Assembly (NCBI GenBank): GCA_045638525.1
Contig: JAZUBQ010000012.1
Coordinates: 162,094-226,093, forward strand
DNA length: 64,000 nucleotides
Source of the DNA: Clostridia bacterium
Lineage (GTDB): Bacteria; Bacillota; Clostridia; UMGS1840
Direction of reading: 5' to 3'
Shown here in pieces: positions 31,745 to 40,766 of this stretch. Below the pieces are notes generated by a model. The model saw only the letters and a program-made list of their open reading frames with translations, did not search any database and was not told the DNA's origin. How positions within the stretch are numbered: position 1 is the first letter of the stretch; every line of letters starts with the position of its first letter. Position numbers and translations under genes: made by a program.

Positions 31745-32992
31745 ATGAACAAAAGCAAATTTTTTCGTAGTTTGGGAGTTAGCGCAATCAGCACTTGTCT
31801 GCTTACGGGAAGTCTGTTAGGATTTACCGGCTGTTCCCCTGCCACTCCCCAAAAAAGCAATCAGGAGGATACTGAAAAACAGCCTGCGGTAGTAGAAACG
31901 ATTGACTATGAAACACCGTATCTGGAATATATCGAAAGTCAGTATGAATATTTTAACAGAGGGATATTACTTTGTGATTTAAACGACGATAACGTTCCGG
32001 AGCTGTTTTCCATTGCTTATGATACAGAAGGCGACAAACTGATGTATCACCAATTACAAGAAGACGGTACTGTGATTGCGAAAGAAGATATCGCAACTTA
32101 CATAGACAGTATGCAGTTTGTTGATCCCTCAACTTTTTTTGAAACTCCCAGACTGTTTTTTGGGATTTATAAAAACAAAACAACTGCTCAGAAAGCATTG
32201 ATTAACTCTAATATCGGATATGAAAATCGAGATGTTTTTGATGTCATCACTTTTGAAGGAGACAGTGTTGTATTGAAATCAGAAGGTGTAACTGATCTTA
32301 GCACAGTTGACAAAAAAAGAGATGAAATCATGTCTTGTTATGAGGTTTCTGAAAAAACTTATGAACTTAGTTATCTTTTAAGAGGCGAGTTCGGTGGAGA
32401 ACATGGCAATAACCCGGTTGCCGGTATGCAGGAAGCGATTGAACAATTCAAAGAAAAACAAACTCCCGAATATGCTTCTGCTGTTGACGGAGAATTAGAG
32501 TGTTATATCAAAAGCATCAATTTATCCGACAACGAAATGATTTTGGTTCCTGTGGCTTATGTGACCTATGAAGCATATACCAATGCCAAAGAAGGCGAAA
32601 AATTTATTACTATCAACGAAGACGAAATGAGCCTTCAGTATGACGAAAACTTAGCAGAAGAACAAGGAATTGCCCATTTGTTCCAAATGCCCTGGATGGA
32701 CTATGCTTTTGAAATCCCAACCGAAGAATATCCGGAATCTGTTTTACAAGATTATTTTTGTAACACTCCGATGAAAGTGAAAATAAGCAAAGATTGTAAA
32801 ATCAGATATGGTGTAACCGGAATTTATGATGAAAACGGAAATCCCACAGGATATGAAACCTTAGGCAGAAAGCCGGAATATACTGTTTCGGAGTATTTGC
32901 CCCACTATGCTGAATATTCGATGGGTAGCTACTACAAAGCAACCATTAAAAACAACGAATTGGTATCGATTGACGTGATGTATCGTCCTTAA
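31745..32992 (+). CDS. Hypothetical lipoprotein
   Basis: ATG at 31745 after an AAAGGTGAG RBS. The product MNKSKFFRSLGVSAISTCLLTGSLLGFTGCSP has a lipobox (FTGC). The rest is an acidic soluble domain with no recognised motif. Confidence 0.6.
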   Translation: MNKSKFFRSLGVSAISTCLLTGSLLGFTGCSPATPQKSNQEDTEKQPAVVETIDYETPYLEYIESQYEYFNRGILLCDLNDDNVPELFSIAYDTEGDKLMYHQLQEDGTVIAKEDIATYIDSMQFVDPSTFFETPRLFFGIYKNKTTAQKALINSNIGYENRDVFDVITFEGDSVVLKSEGVTDLSTVDKKRDEIMSCYEVSEKTYELSYLLRGEFGGEHGNNPVAGMQEAIEQFKEKQTPEYASAVDGELECYIKSINLSDNEMILVPVAYVTYEAYTNAKEGEKFITINEDEMSLQYDENLAEEQGIAHLFQMPWMDYAFEIPTEEYPESVLQDYFCNTPMKVKISKDCKIRYGVTGIYDENGNPTGYETLGRKPEYTVSEYLPHYAEYSMGSYYKATIKNNELVSIDVMYRP

Positions 32993-33001
32993 TGCAAAAA
33001 A

Positions 33002-33037
33002 GAACGGCTGATGGTTAACATTCAGCCGTTCTTTTTT
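33002..33037. terminator. Rho-independent terminator after the lipoprotein gene
   Basis: GAACGGCTGA (33002-33011) pairs with TCAGCCGTTC (33022-33031). AAAAAA precedes the hairpin and TTTTTT follows it. Confidence 0.8.
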
Positions 33038-33100
33038 GCATTTCTCTTATCATTCTGATCTTTAAACACCGGATATTCCAAAATATATTTTTTAAATTTA

Positions 33101-33129
33101 TTTACAAATTGATGCCAATGTGATATGAT
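33101..33129 (+). promoter_or_regulatory. Sigma-A-type extended -10 promoter for the SLH protein gene
   Basis: TTTACA (33101-33106), a 17-nt spacer ending in TGa, then TATGAT (33124-33129). The layout is the same as the promoter at 27104. Confidence 0.45.
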
Positions 33130-33171
33130 AAAATCGCTACATATAAAAACAAACGGAAAGAAGGCAAAGCA

Positions 33172-35625
33172 ATGAAAAAAAGGATTTTAAGCTTACTGAT
33201 AACACTCTGTATGCTAACAAGCTTGTTTGGAGTTTTTTCCATCACCGTCCATGGAGCAAATGCACCGTCTGATTGGGCGCTGGCGGAAGTGAACACAGCA
33301 ATCACTGCGGGGTTGGTAACCGAAAAAGTAACAAGCGATTATCAAAAAGCAATTACCAGAGAAGAATTTTGCGAATTGGTAGTAAAGCTGTATGAAAAAC
33401 TCACAAACGAACAGGCTAACTTTAGCAACAACCCGTTCTCTGATACCGATAATACCGAAATTTTAAAAGCATATTCTTTAGGAATTGTAAAAGGTATTTC
33501 CGATACTGCATTTGCCCCAAATAACAACATAACAAGACAAGAATTATGCGTGATGCTCGTTCGTGCGATTGAGGCAATACTGGGTGACGAATTTATGCTA
33601 AAGTATGATTTTGTCAGCTTTCATGATGTAAAAGATATTGCAGATTGGGCGTTGGAGCAAATTTATTATTCTTATGAAAAAGGAATTGTAAAAGGTGTTG
33701 GAGAAAACAAATTTAACCCCCTTGGAACAGCTACTTGCGAACAAGCAATTATCATGGCGTGCAGATTATATCAAAATATTGAAAGCTGTAAAACAACAAT
33801 TCCCAAAGAAGTCATTGATCGCTATGAAAATTACACCTATATTAACAACACATTTTTAGAAATCGAAAAAAAATATACAAATGAAAGCGGGTATGTTCCC
33901 CCTGAAAAAATCGAAGCGTTGCTTGACGAAATATATACCGAAGCTCAAACGCTGCTTCGTAACGGAGAAATCACACAGGCACAGCTTAACAGAGACTTCT
34001 TAAACGTTTGTATTCTTTTAAAAGACGGAAGCGGATATCTCTATTCCCCTACAGTTGAAGGCTTGGCAAACACTCCACAAAAAACAACCGATATTATAGA
34101 AGTTGATAATTTTCGTTGGAATGATGTCGTTGTGCATAACAAAGCCGGAGACGTAGCTGCAGAAACATTCGATTTTTGTGACTATTCTTATATTGATACC
34201 ACCAAACAAAGCATCACTGCTTTAAAAGCAAAGCTTTCCTCTTTACGTCCCGATAAAAAATACATCTTATTCTGGCACGGACACGGAAGTGTTGAAACTT
34301 TACTCACACATCCCTTAAGCATACACGGATATGGTCCCCAACAATTTTATTCGGGCGTAACTTTTGGAATTCCAGAAGAAGCTTCTCTTAACACACAGTA
34401 TAAATTCCAAAATGATATTGAAGAACATCGCATCATATTTTTTAAAGATGCATACGGTCTGACTCCTGCATTTTTTGACACCTATATTCCAAAAATAAAA
34501 TCCGGACTTTTCTTTGCAGGCACTTGTTATTCTATGTGTGATAATGGTTTATTGGCAAATGTATTTTTAAACAAAGGATTTGACACCTACATCGGTTCCA
34601 ATCTGGCGGTACTTACCCAATATGCAAACGATATGATGAATTCCTTTGGGGATGCTTTATGCCTCCCTGAGGACTTAAAAAATTCAGAAACAATCCCTGC
34701 AGAAGAAGCCTTGAAAATTGCAAAAACAGCACAAGGTGCTACTGACGGAGATGTGGTAGAGAAAGTATATGAATTTATCTACCAGACAGATATTGCCTCC
34801 GGTGGAGAATTCCTGTTAAAAGGAGAGCCCAATTTCCGATTGGTTGATTACAATTTTAAAACAGTGGGAATAGACGGTGAACATTTTGGTTCCTCATTTT
34901 ATTACGTATCCGGTCATACTCTTTATCAGGAAAAAGACGGAAAACGAACAGCTGTTGCAGATGGCATTTACGGAACCAATGTTATCACCAATGGTAAGGA
35001 AGTATACTATGGCACCCAAGATTTAAATATCAAGCATAAAAATTTAAAAGATGGTACAGTTAAGACTGTCTATACAGAAATAGTTCCGGAAAACATTCAA
35101 TCAAAATGGTCATCCTATGACTACGACAACGAATTTTCTTTAAACGTTGTAGGAATTAACGAAAATCGCTTGTTTTTCTATCTTAGCCATACCGTGGGTG
35201 CAATTTATTTAAAAGGAATTGACTTATCAACTGCACAAACAATATTTTTGCGGGATGATTTGAAAGTGGAAAACGGCGAAATGGTAAATCATCAGTTGGT
35301 GGTATTTCCAACCAGACGCGATGTTTCTGCCAGTCTGAAACTGTGCGTCATCAACATGGATACACTGACAATCAATAATCTGGGAAATCTTTGTTTTTAT
35401 CAGCTAAAACCATACAAAAACGGTTTTTGCTATTGGGATGTTGCCTATTCCGACAGCAACTCCGATGCAACACTGATGTACCATAGCTTTGATACCAATC
35501 ACACAAGCAACATATTCCACGCAAACAATATTGATTTAGGTGGTTTCAGCTATGGAAAACATACCGCAACCTATTCATCCAAAAATAAAAACCACACCTT
35601 TGACTTAACAATGTTAATCAACTAA
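33172..35625 (+). CDS. SLH-domain cell-surface protein with a putative clan-CD (gingipain/caspase-like) cysteine peptidase domain and a C-terminal beta-rich domain
   Basis: 817 aa with a signal peptide and three SLH-like repeats (WALAEVNTAITAGLV.., FSDTDNTEILKAYSLGIVKG, FHDVKDIADWALEQIYYSYEKGIVKG). The candidate His and Cys motifs are ILFWHGHGS (nt 34261-34290) and LFFAGTCYSMCDNG...TYIGS (nt ~34510-34610). Confidence 0.65.
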   Translation: MKKRILSLLITLCMLTSLFGVFSITVHGANAPSDWALAEVNTAITAGLVTEKVTSDYQKAITREEFCELVVKLYEKLTNEQANFSNNPFSDTDNTEILKAYSLGIVKGISDTAFAPNNNITRQELCVMLVRAIEAILGDEFMLKYDFVSFHDVKDIADWALEQIYYSYEKGIVKGVGENKFNPLGTATCEQAIIMACRLYQNIESCKTTIPKEVIDRYENYTYINNTFLEIEKKYTNESGYVPPEKIEALLDEIYTEAQTLLRNGEITQAQLNRDFLNVCILLKDGSGYLYSPTVEGLANTPQKTTDIIEVDNFRWNDVVVHNKAGDVAAETFDFCDYSYIDTTKQSITALKAKLSSLRPDKKYILFWHGHGSVETLLTHPLSIHGYGPQQFYSGVTFGIPEEASLNTQYKFQNDIEEHRIIFFKDAYGLTPAFFDTYIPKIKSGLFFAGTCYSMCDNGLLANVFLNKGFDTYIGSNLAVLTQYANDMMNSFGDALCLPEDLKNSETIPAEEALKIAKTAQGATDGDVVEKVYEFIYQTDIASGGEFLLKGEPNFRLVDYNFKTVGIDGEHFGSSFYYVSGHTLYQEKDGKRTAVADGIYGTNVITNGKEVYYGTQDLNIKHKNLKDGTVKTVYTEIVPENIQSKWSSYDYDNEFSLNVVGINENRLFFYLSHTVGAIYLKGIDLSTAQTIFLRDDLKVENGEMVNHQLVVFPTRRDVSASLKLCVINMDTLTINNLGNLCFYQLKPYKNGFCYWDVAYSDSNSDATLMYHSFDTNHTSNIFHANNIDLGGFSYGKHTATYSSKNKNHTFDLTMLIN

Positions 35626-35651
35626 TCGAATATTTTCTTATTAACGTAAAA

Positions 35652-35684
35652 ACAGGCGGTTTCTATAAGAAACCGCCTGTTTTA
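35652..35684. terminator. Bidirectional rho-independent terminator between the SLH gene and trxA
   Basis: ACAGGCGGTTTC (35652-35663), loop TATAA, GAAACCGCCTGT (35669-35680). AAAA precedes the hairpin and TTTT follows it. Confidence 0.8.
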
Positions 35685-35696
35685 TGTTTTATTCTT

Positions 35697-36005
35697 TTAT
35701 AATCCCAAAAGCTCCACCAGTTCTTCTTTGGAATGGTAACCAATCAGAGAATCTTTTAATTCCCCATTTTCAAATACCATCATAGTGGGAACGGTTGCCA
35801 CACGGAATTCGCGGGCAAGTTCAATATGCTTGTCAATATCCACTTTTACGATTTTAAGTTTGTCGCCATATTCGCTGTCCAGTTCTTCTAAAACCGGTGC
35901 CAACATTTTGCAAGGTCCACACCAGGTGGCAAAGAAATCTACCAATACGGGAAGACTTTGTTCTAAAACGTCTTCTTTAAAATTGTTAAGTTCCATAAGA
36001 AACAC
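35697..36005 (-). CDS. trxA: Thioredoxin
   Basis: 102 aa with the WCGPCK active site. Confidence 0.9.
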   Translation of the reverse strand: MFLMELNNFKEDVLEQSLPVLVDFFATWCGPCKMLAPVLEELDSEYGDKLKIVKVDIDKHIELAREFRVATVPTMMVFENGELKDSLIGYHSKEELVELLGL

Positions 36006-36038
36006 GCTCCTTTAAAATTTTTAAACTATCATCAGAAT

Positions 36039-37340
36039 TTACAAATCATTTTTGATTAAATCCTCAAAGGTTTCCCGTTTTACAATCAGTTTATCCTGAC
36101 CGCCGGACACCATTACCACAGCAGGTCTTGGAATCCGATTATAATTGGATGCCATGGAATAATTATAGGCACCGGTTGCCAATACGCAGAGGGTGTCCCC
36201 CACTTCCACTTTGGGAAGTTTGGCTTTTTCCACTAAAATATCGCCTGATTCGCAACATTTGCCGGCAACAGTGTAGGTACAATCTGCTACTTTATTTGCC
36301 TTATTTGCCACTACAGCAGAATATTCGGAACCATACATAATGTAACGAGGATTATCCGCCATACCGCCGTCTACCGACACATAGGTGCGGATATTCGGGA
36401 TTTCTTTCACACATCCAACCTCATAGACAGTAATCCCTGCGGGTGCCACAATGGAACGCCCGGGTTCCATCAGAATTTTCGGAACGGGAATCTTGAAAAT
36501 TTCTGCCTGTGCTTTCACTTCTTCGGAAACTGCTTTGATATATAAATCATACGAAATGGGGTCATCCGATTCTACGTAACGGATACCAAATCCGCCCCCC
36601 AAATCCAGTTCTTCGGTAATAAGACCAAGTTTTTCTTTGATTTCGCCAATAAAATTCATCATGACTTTGGCTGTTTCACGGAAGGGTGCTACATCAAAAA
36701 TCTGAGAACCAATATGGCAATGCAACCCTTTATAGCAGATATTATTTTTATCTTTCACAGCCGAAACCGCAGACAAAGCTTCTCCGGTTTCCAATGCAAA
36801 ACCAAACTTGGAATCAATCTGACCGGTCATAATAAAATCGTGCGTATGTGCATCAATTCCGGGTTTAATACGGAAAATTACATCCTGTACTTTCCCCAGT
36901 TCACCTGCAATTTTATCAATCTGCTCCAATTCATAGATGTTATCTACCACAATGGTTCCAACATCGTGACCGATGGCAAATGTGAGCTCGTCTTTGGTTT
37001 TATTATTGCCGTGAAAACAGATTTTATCCGCAGGAAAATCGGCGGATAAAGCGGTATACAGTTCACCGCCGGATACCACGTCAAGCCCAAGTCCTTCTTC
37101 TGCCACAATCTTGCACATATACTTGGTACAAAAGGCTTTGGAAGCAAATTGACACAATCCATTGCCGTTATAGTAGGTATTTAGGGCATCACGATAGGTG
37201 CGAAGATGAGTTCGAATCATATCCTCATCCATCACATATAACGGGGTGTCGTATTTTTCTTTTAAGGAGAGCACATCTACCCCACCAATGGTGAGATGTC
37301 CCTGCTCATTTACTCCTAAATTTTCTGAAACAAATTTCAT
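36039..37340 (-). CDS. lysA: Diaminopimelate decarboxylase
   Basis: 433 aa, fold-III PLP decarboxylase type (FASKAF, HCHIGSQ, EPGRSIVA, GKCCESGD). Confidence 0.85.
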   Translation of the reverse strand: MKFVSENLGVNEQGHLTIGGVDVLSLKEKYDTPLYVMDEDMIRTHLRTYRDALNTYYNGNGLCQFASKAFCTKYMCKIVAEEGLGLDVVSGGELYTALSADFPADKICFHGNNKTKDELTFAIGHDVGTIVVDNIYELEQIDKIAGELGKVQDVIFRIKPGIDAHTHDFIMTGQIDSKFGFALETGEALSAVSAVKDKNNICYKGLHCHIGSQIFDVAPFRETAKVMMNFIGEIKEKLGLITEELDLGGGFGIRYVESDDPISYDLYIKAVSEEVKAQAEIFKIPVPKILMEPGRSIVAPAGITVYEVGCVKEIPNIRTYVSVDGGMADNPRYIMYGSEYSAVVANKANKVADCTYTVAGKCCESGDILVEKAKLPKVEVGDTLCVLATGAYNYSMASNYNRIPRPAVVMVSGGQDKLIVKRETFEDLIKNDL

Positions 37341-37422
37341 ATAACGTCCTCGCTTTGTTACAAATTCAGCGGAAGGATATTCCCTCCGCTGAACCGTAAT
37401 TGTTAAATTTTTATAAAAGAAA

Positions 37423-37953
37423 TTACAAGTTTGCGCCTGCTTCGATGGCTTTTTTGTTTAAGTCATAAAGTTCGGGTTTCTTTGCAGGAACCAGTCCTTT
37501 TAACGCTTCAAAAATCACATCTAATTCAAACACTTTGGATTCTTTTAATACTTTACCAACCAAGAACATATTGGCAAGTTTGCCCATACCCATTTCGGTT
37601 GCCAGTTTGGTTGCTTCTACACCTACATAGTTGATGTCGTCACGGGTAGGAGTGGGCTGTACCAAAGAGCTGTCATAATACATAGTTCCACCCTTTGCAA
37701 CGCTTTTTTCAAATTTCACAAAGGAAGGACCGTTCATTGCAATCACATCGGTTGCTTCGGTTACCAAGGGAGAACCGATGGCATCATCGGAAATGATAAC
37801 ATTACAGCTTGCAGTACCACCACGCATTTCGGGACCGTAAGACGGAAGCCAGGACACTTCATAGTCATTTTTCATACCGGTGTAAGCAAGGAGTTTTCCG
37901 ATAAACAGAATTCCCTGACCGCCAAAGCCGGAAATAATAAATTCTTTCTGCAT
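37423..37953 (-). CDS. korC: 2-oxoacid:ferredoxin oxidoreductase, gamma subunit
   Basis: Start taken at the ATG at 37953 (MQKEFIISGFGGQGILFIGK), which overlaps the beta gene stop by a few nt. This is a typical gamma-subunit N-terminus. Confidence 0.8.
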   Translation of the reverse strand: MQKEFIISGFGGQGILFIGKLLAYTGMKNDYEVSWLPSYGPEMRGGTASCNVIISDDAIGSPLVTEATDVIAMNGPSFVKFEKSVAKGGTMYYDSSLVQPTPTRDDINYVGVEATKLATEMGMGKLANMFLVGKVLKESKVFELDVIFEALKGLVPAKKPELYDLNKKAIEAGANL

Positions 37954-37954
37954 A

Positions 37955-38707
37955 TTATTCGTCTCCTTTCGCACCTTTATCTTTATAAACGCCTAAGGGA
38001 TACTGAGGCATCATTTTTTCTTCCATCCACTTCATAGATTCCTGAGGAGACAGACCCCAGTTGGTGGGACAAGTGGATAATACTTCCACAAAGGTGAAGC
38101 CTTTTTTCTCGGTCTGATAGGTGAATGCTTTTTTAATTGCCGCTTTTGCTTCACGGATGTTTTTTACATTGTTAACAGCAACTCTCTGTGCCAATGCGGT
38201 ACCTTCCAGCTGAGAAACCAGTTCACAACCGTTGATGGGCCAACCCTGAGTTTCGGTTTTTCTACCGTAAGGAGTGGTCTGTGTTACCTGACCAACCAAA
38301 GAAGTGGGAGCCATCTGACCACCGGTCATACCATAGATACAGTTGTTGATAAATACAACGGTGATATTTTCACCACGGGTTGCTGCGTGAATGGTTTCCG
38401 CAGTACCAATCGCAAGTAAGTCACCGTCGCCCTGATAAGTGAATACCACTTTATCGGGATGTGCTCTTTTTACGCCGGTTGCAACAGCCGGTGCTCTACC
38501 GTGTGCTGCCTGCACCATATCACATTCAAAATAGTTATAGGAGAATACGGAACATCCTACAGATGCAATCCCTACAGCTTCTCCTTCCAGTTTTAATTCA
38601 TCCAGCACTTCTGCAACCAGACGGTGTACAATACCGTGAGTACAACCGGGGCAATAATGGAAGCCCACATCAGAAAGTGCATGGGGTTTTTCAAATACAA
38701 TACTCAT
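37955..38707 (-). CDS. korB: 2-oxoacid:ferredoxin oxidoreductase, beta (TPP-binding) subunit
   Basis: Start taken at the ATG at 38707 (MSIVFEKPHAL..YCPGCTHG). The TPP motif is GDGDLLAIG. The 37-aa N-terminal extension in the ORF track was rejected. Confidence 0.8.
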   Translation of the reverse strand: MSIVFEKPHALSDVGFHYCPGCTHGIVHRLVAEVLDELKLEGEAVGIASVGCSVFSYNYFECDMVQAAHGRAPAVATGVKRAHPDKVVFTYQGDGDLLAIGTAETIHAATRGENITVVFINNCIYGMTGGQMAPTSLVGQVTQTTPYGRKTETQGWPINGCELVSQLEGTALAQRVAVNNVKNIREAKAAIKKAFTYQTEKKGFTFVEVLSTCPTNWGLSPQESMKWMEEKMMPQYPLGVYKDKGAKGDE

Positions 38708-38724
38708 CTTTTTCTTCCTCCCTC

Positions 38725-39786
38725 TTACAGTTTTTTGGACATTTCCACGATTTTGTCCAGAATTTCCTGCGGAACGGGTACCACACCACCGGTTCTGCCG
38801 TAAAATTCTACGGGGCATTTGCCGTTTACTGCCAATTTTACGTCATAAACCATCTGACCGGTGCTCATTTCAACGCTTAAGAAACTCTTTGCAGTGTTTG
38901 CCACCTGGGCAATTTCCTGTTCGGGGAAGGGCCACAAAGTGATGGGACGGATTAAACCTGCTTTGATTCCCATTGCTCTTGCTTTTTTAACAGCATTCAT
39001 TGCAACTCTGGCAATGGTGCCGTATGCAACTAAAACGATATCTGCATCATCACAGAAGAAGGTTTCAGCACGGGTTTCGTTTTTGGTGATTAACTCATAA
39101 CGTTTTTCACGTTCCCACACCAGATTTTCCAGTTCGTCGGGATTGATGTATAAAGAGTTTACAATGTTTTTCTTACGTTTCATTCCGGTGGTATCGCAAG
39201 CCCAGGATTTATCAAAGGATACGGAATCGTCATGCTCGGGGAAGGAAACGGGTTCCATCATCTGACCCAGCATACCGTCCCCCATAATCATAACAGGAAC
39301 ACGATAGTTGTCCGCAATGTCAAATGCTTTATAAGTTAAGTCCACACATTCCTGAATGGTGGAGGGAGCCAGAACTACCAAATGATAGTCACCATGTCCG
39401 CCGCCTTTGGTTGCCTGAAAATAGTCAGACTGTGCAGGCTGAATACCACCTAAACCGGGGCCACCACGAACGATGTTGATGATAACACAGGGAAGATCAG
39501 CACCTGCAATGTAGGAAAGACCTTCCTGTTTTAAGCTGATTCCGGGGCTGGAAGAAGAGGTCATAACTCTTGCACCTGCCGCTGCAGCACCATATACCAT
39601 ATTGATTGCCGCAACTTCACTCTCAGCCTGTAAGTAAAGTCCGTCTACCTGAGGCATTCTTTTGGACATATAGGCAGAAACTTCTGTCTGAGGAGTGATG
39701 GGATAACCGAAAAACAGTTTACATCCGCTACGAATAGCGGCTTCGGCAATGGCTTCATTGCCCTTCATTAACACTTTTTCACTCAT
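38725..39786 (-). CDS. korA: 2-oxoacid:ferredoxin oxidoreductase, alpha subunit
   Basis: 353 aa starting MSEKVLMKGNEAIAEAAIRSGCKLFFGYPITPQTE, a typical KorA/PorA N-terminus. Confidence 0.8.
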   Translation of the reverse strand: MSEKVLMKGNEAIAEAAIRSGCKLFFGYPITPQTEVSAYMSKRMPQVDGLYLQAESEVAAINMVYGAAAAGARVMTSSSSPGISLKQEGLSYIAGADLPCVIINIVRGGPGLGGIQPAQSDYFQATKGGGHGDYHLVVLAPSTIQECVDLTYKAFDIADNYRVPVMIMGDGMLGQMMEPVSFPEHDDSVSFDKSWACDTTGMKRKKNIVNSLYINPDELENLVWEREKRYELITKNETRAETFFCDDADIVLVAYGTIARVAMNAVKKARAMGIKAGLIRPITLWPFPEQEIAQVANTAKSFLSVEMSTGQMVYDVKLAVNGKCPVEFYGRTGGVVPVPQEILDKIVEMSKKL

Positions 39787-39808
39787 TTGTAATCTATTCC
39801 TTTCCTAC

Positions 39809-40015
39809 TTATTTCTCCACAGTGATTACCACGTCGGGACAAATGGTTGCGCAGAATGCACAGCCGATGCACTGATCCATTTCCAGAACCTCAACGGGGT
39901 TAAAGCCCTTCACGTTCAAACGGTCAGTAGCTTTTTTAATAATTTTTTTCGGACATACGTCCATGCAAAGATAACAGCCTTTACAAGCATTTTCGTTAAA
40001 TGTTACTTTTGCCAT
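39809..40015 (-). CDS. korD: 2x[4Fe-4S] ferredoxin-type delta subunit of the oxidoreductase
   Basis: 68 aa with two CxxCxxCxxxCP motifs (CKGCYLCMDVCP and CIGCAFCATICP). Confidence 0.8.
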   Translation of the reverse strand: MAKVTFNENACKGCYLCMDVCPKKIIKKATDRLNVKGFNPVEVLEMDQCIGCAFCATICPDVVITVEK

Positions 40016-40100
40016 AATTGCTCTTTCCTTTCTTTCCGATTTCTTTTCAAAATCGGTTTATCAGATATGTTAAAAATTTAATAAACAAAACAATAAAATA

Positions 40101-40766
40101 TTATAAATCCCAAGGTTTTTTATGAAACAACTGTACTCCGATTGCCTTTTTCTTTAAGTCATCGGGCAACGAATCCAAAAGTTTATTCCACACAAAAGTG
40201 TAGCGGTTGGGAAGATTGCACACTTTTGCAACCCGGTCGGTAATGTCTTCCCCTTCCAGAATGTCGGACAAGGTGGTTTCATAAGACAAATTTGTGGCAT
40301 TCGCCAATGCCGTTATTTGCAATCGGGAGGCTCTTTCAATATCCCCCTTGTACATTATAATACTTTCTTCATCTCTCGTCAAGGGTCTTTTTGTATTAAC
40401 CACCAGGAAAAAATCGTATTCTTCTTGTGAAAAATCGACAAAAAAACGACTTAACACAACAGCACCGTCATCATCCCCTGCCGCATCAAACACCACATAG
40501 GTATCTTTTTGGCTGAATGCCGCCATCATTTCAGGAGGAACGGAGGGAGTTTCAATATTGGTGTTTGCATAGGTGGGAGAAATCACATGGATCCCCAAAG
40601 CGTCCAATTCCTCCTTAGCATCTTTGGTTCGATAATAGGGATTGATTAAATCAATATCCACAATCATCACTTTTTCGTGCTCTTCTCTTAATTTTTTTGC
40701 ATAGGCTACGGCAGCTGTGGTTTTTCCGCTACCGTAATGACCCGCAAATATGGTAATTCGTTTCAT
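40101..40766 (-). CDS. P-loop NTPase of the MinD/CooC/ParA-like (SIMIBI) type, function unknown
   Basis: 221 aa with Walker A at the extreme N-terminus (IFAGHYGSGKTT) and a Walker-B-like VVFDAAGDDDG. Its start overlaps the upstream RseC-like gene stop by 4 nt. Confidence 0.6.
   Translation of the reverse strand: MKRITIFAGHYGSGKTTAAVAYAKKLREEHEKVMIVDIDLINPYYRTKDAKEELDALGIHVISPTYANTNIETPSVPPEMMAAFSQKDTYVVFDAAGDDDGAVVLSRFFVDFSQEEYDFFLVVNTKRPLTRDEESIIMYKGDIERASRLQITALANATNLSYETTLSDILEGEDITDRVAKVCNLPNRYTFVWNKLLDSLPDDLKKKAIGVQLFHKKPWDL

Noticed and set aside
37341-37422. Possible lysine riboswitch upstream of lysA
   Set aside because: Only ~80 nt are available. They contain a single hairpin (TTCAGCGGAAGG...CCCTCCGCTGAA) that is better read as the end of the upstream oxidoreductase operon. 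This is too short for an L-box.
38708-38818. N-terminal extensions in the ORF track. Examples are the oxidoreductase beta subunit (37 aa), nadK (21 aa), xseA (16 aa), ecfA1 (10 aa), the IGPD-like gene (26 aa), ispA (12 aa), the oxidoreductase gamma subunit (7 aa), asp23 (9 aa) and the ger C and B subunits
   Set aside because: The extensions overlap upstream genes and are basic or low-complexity. In each case an internal ATG with a good RBS, or one abutting the upstream stop codon, gives the conserved N-terminus.
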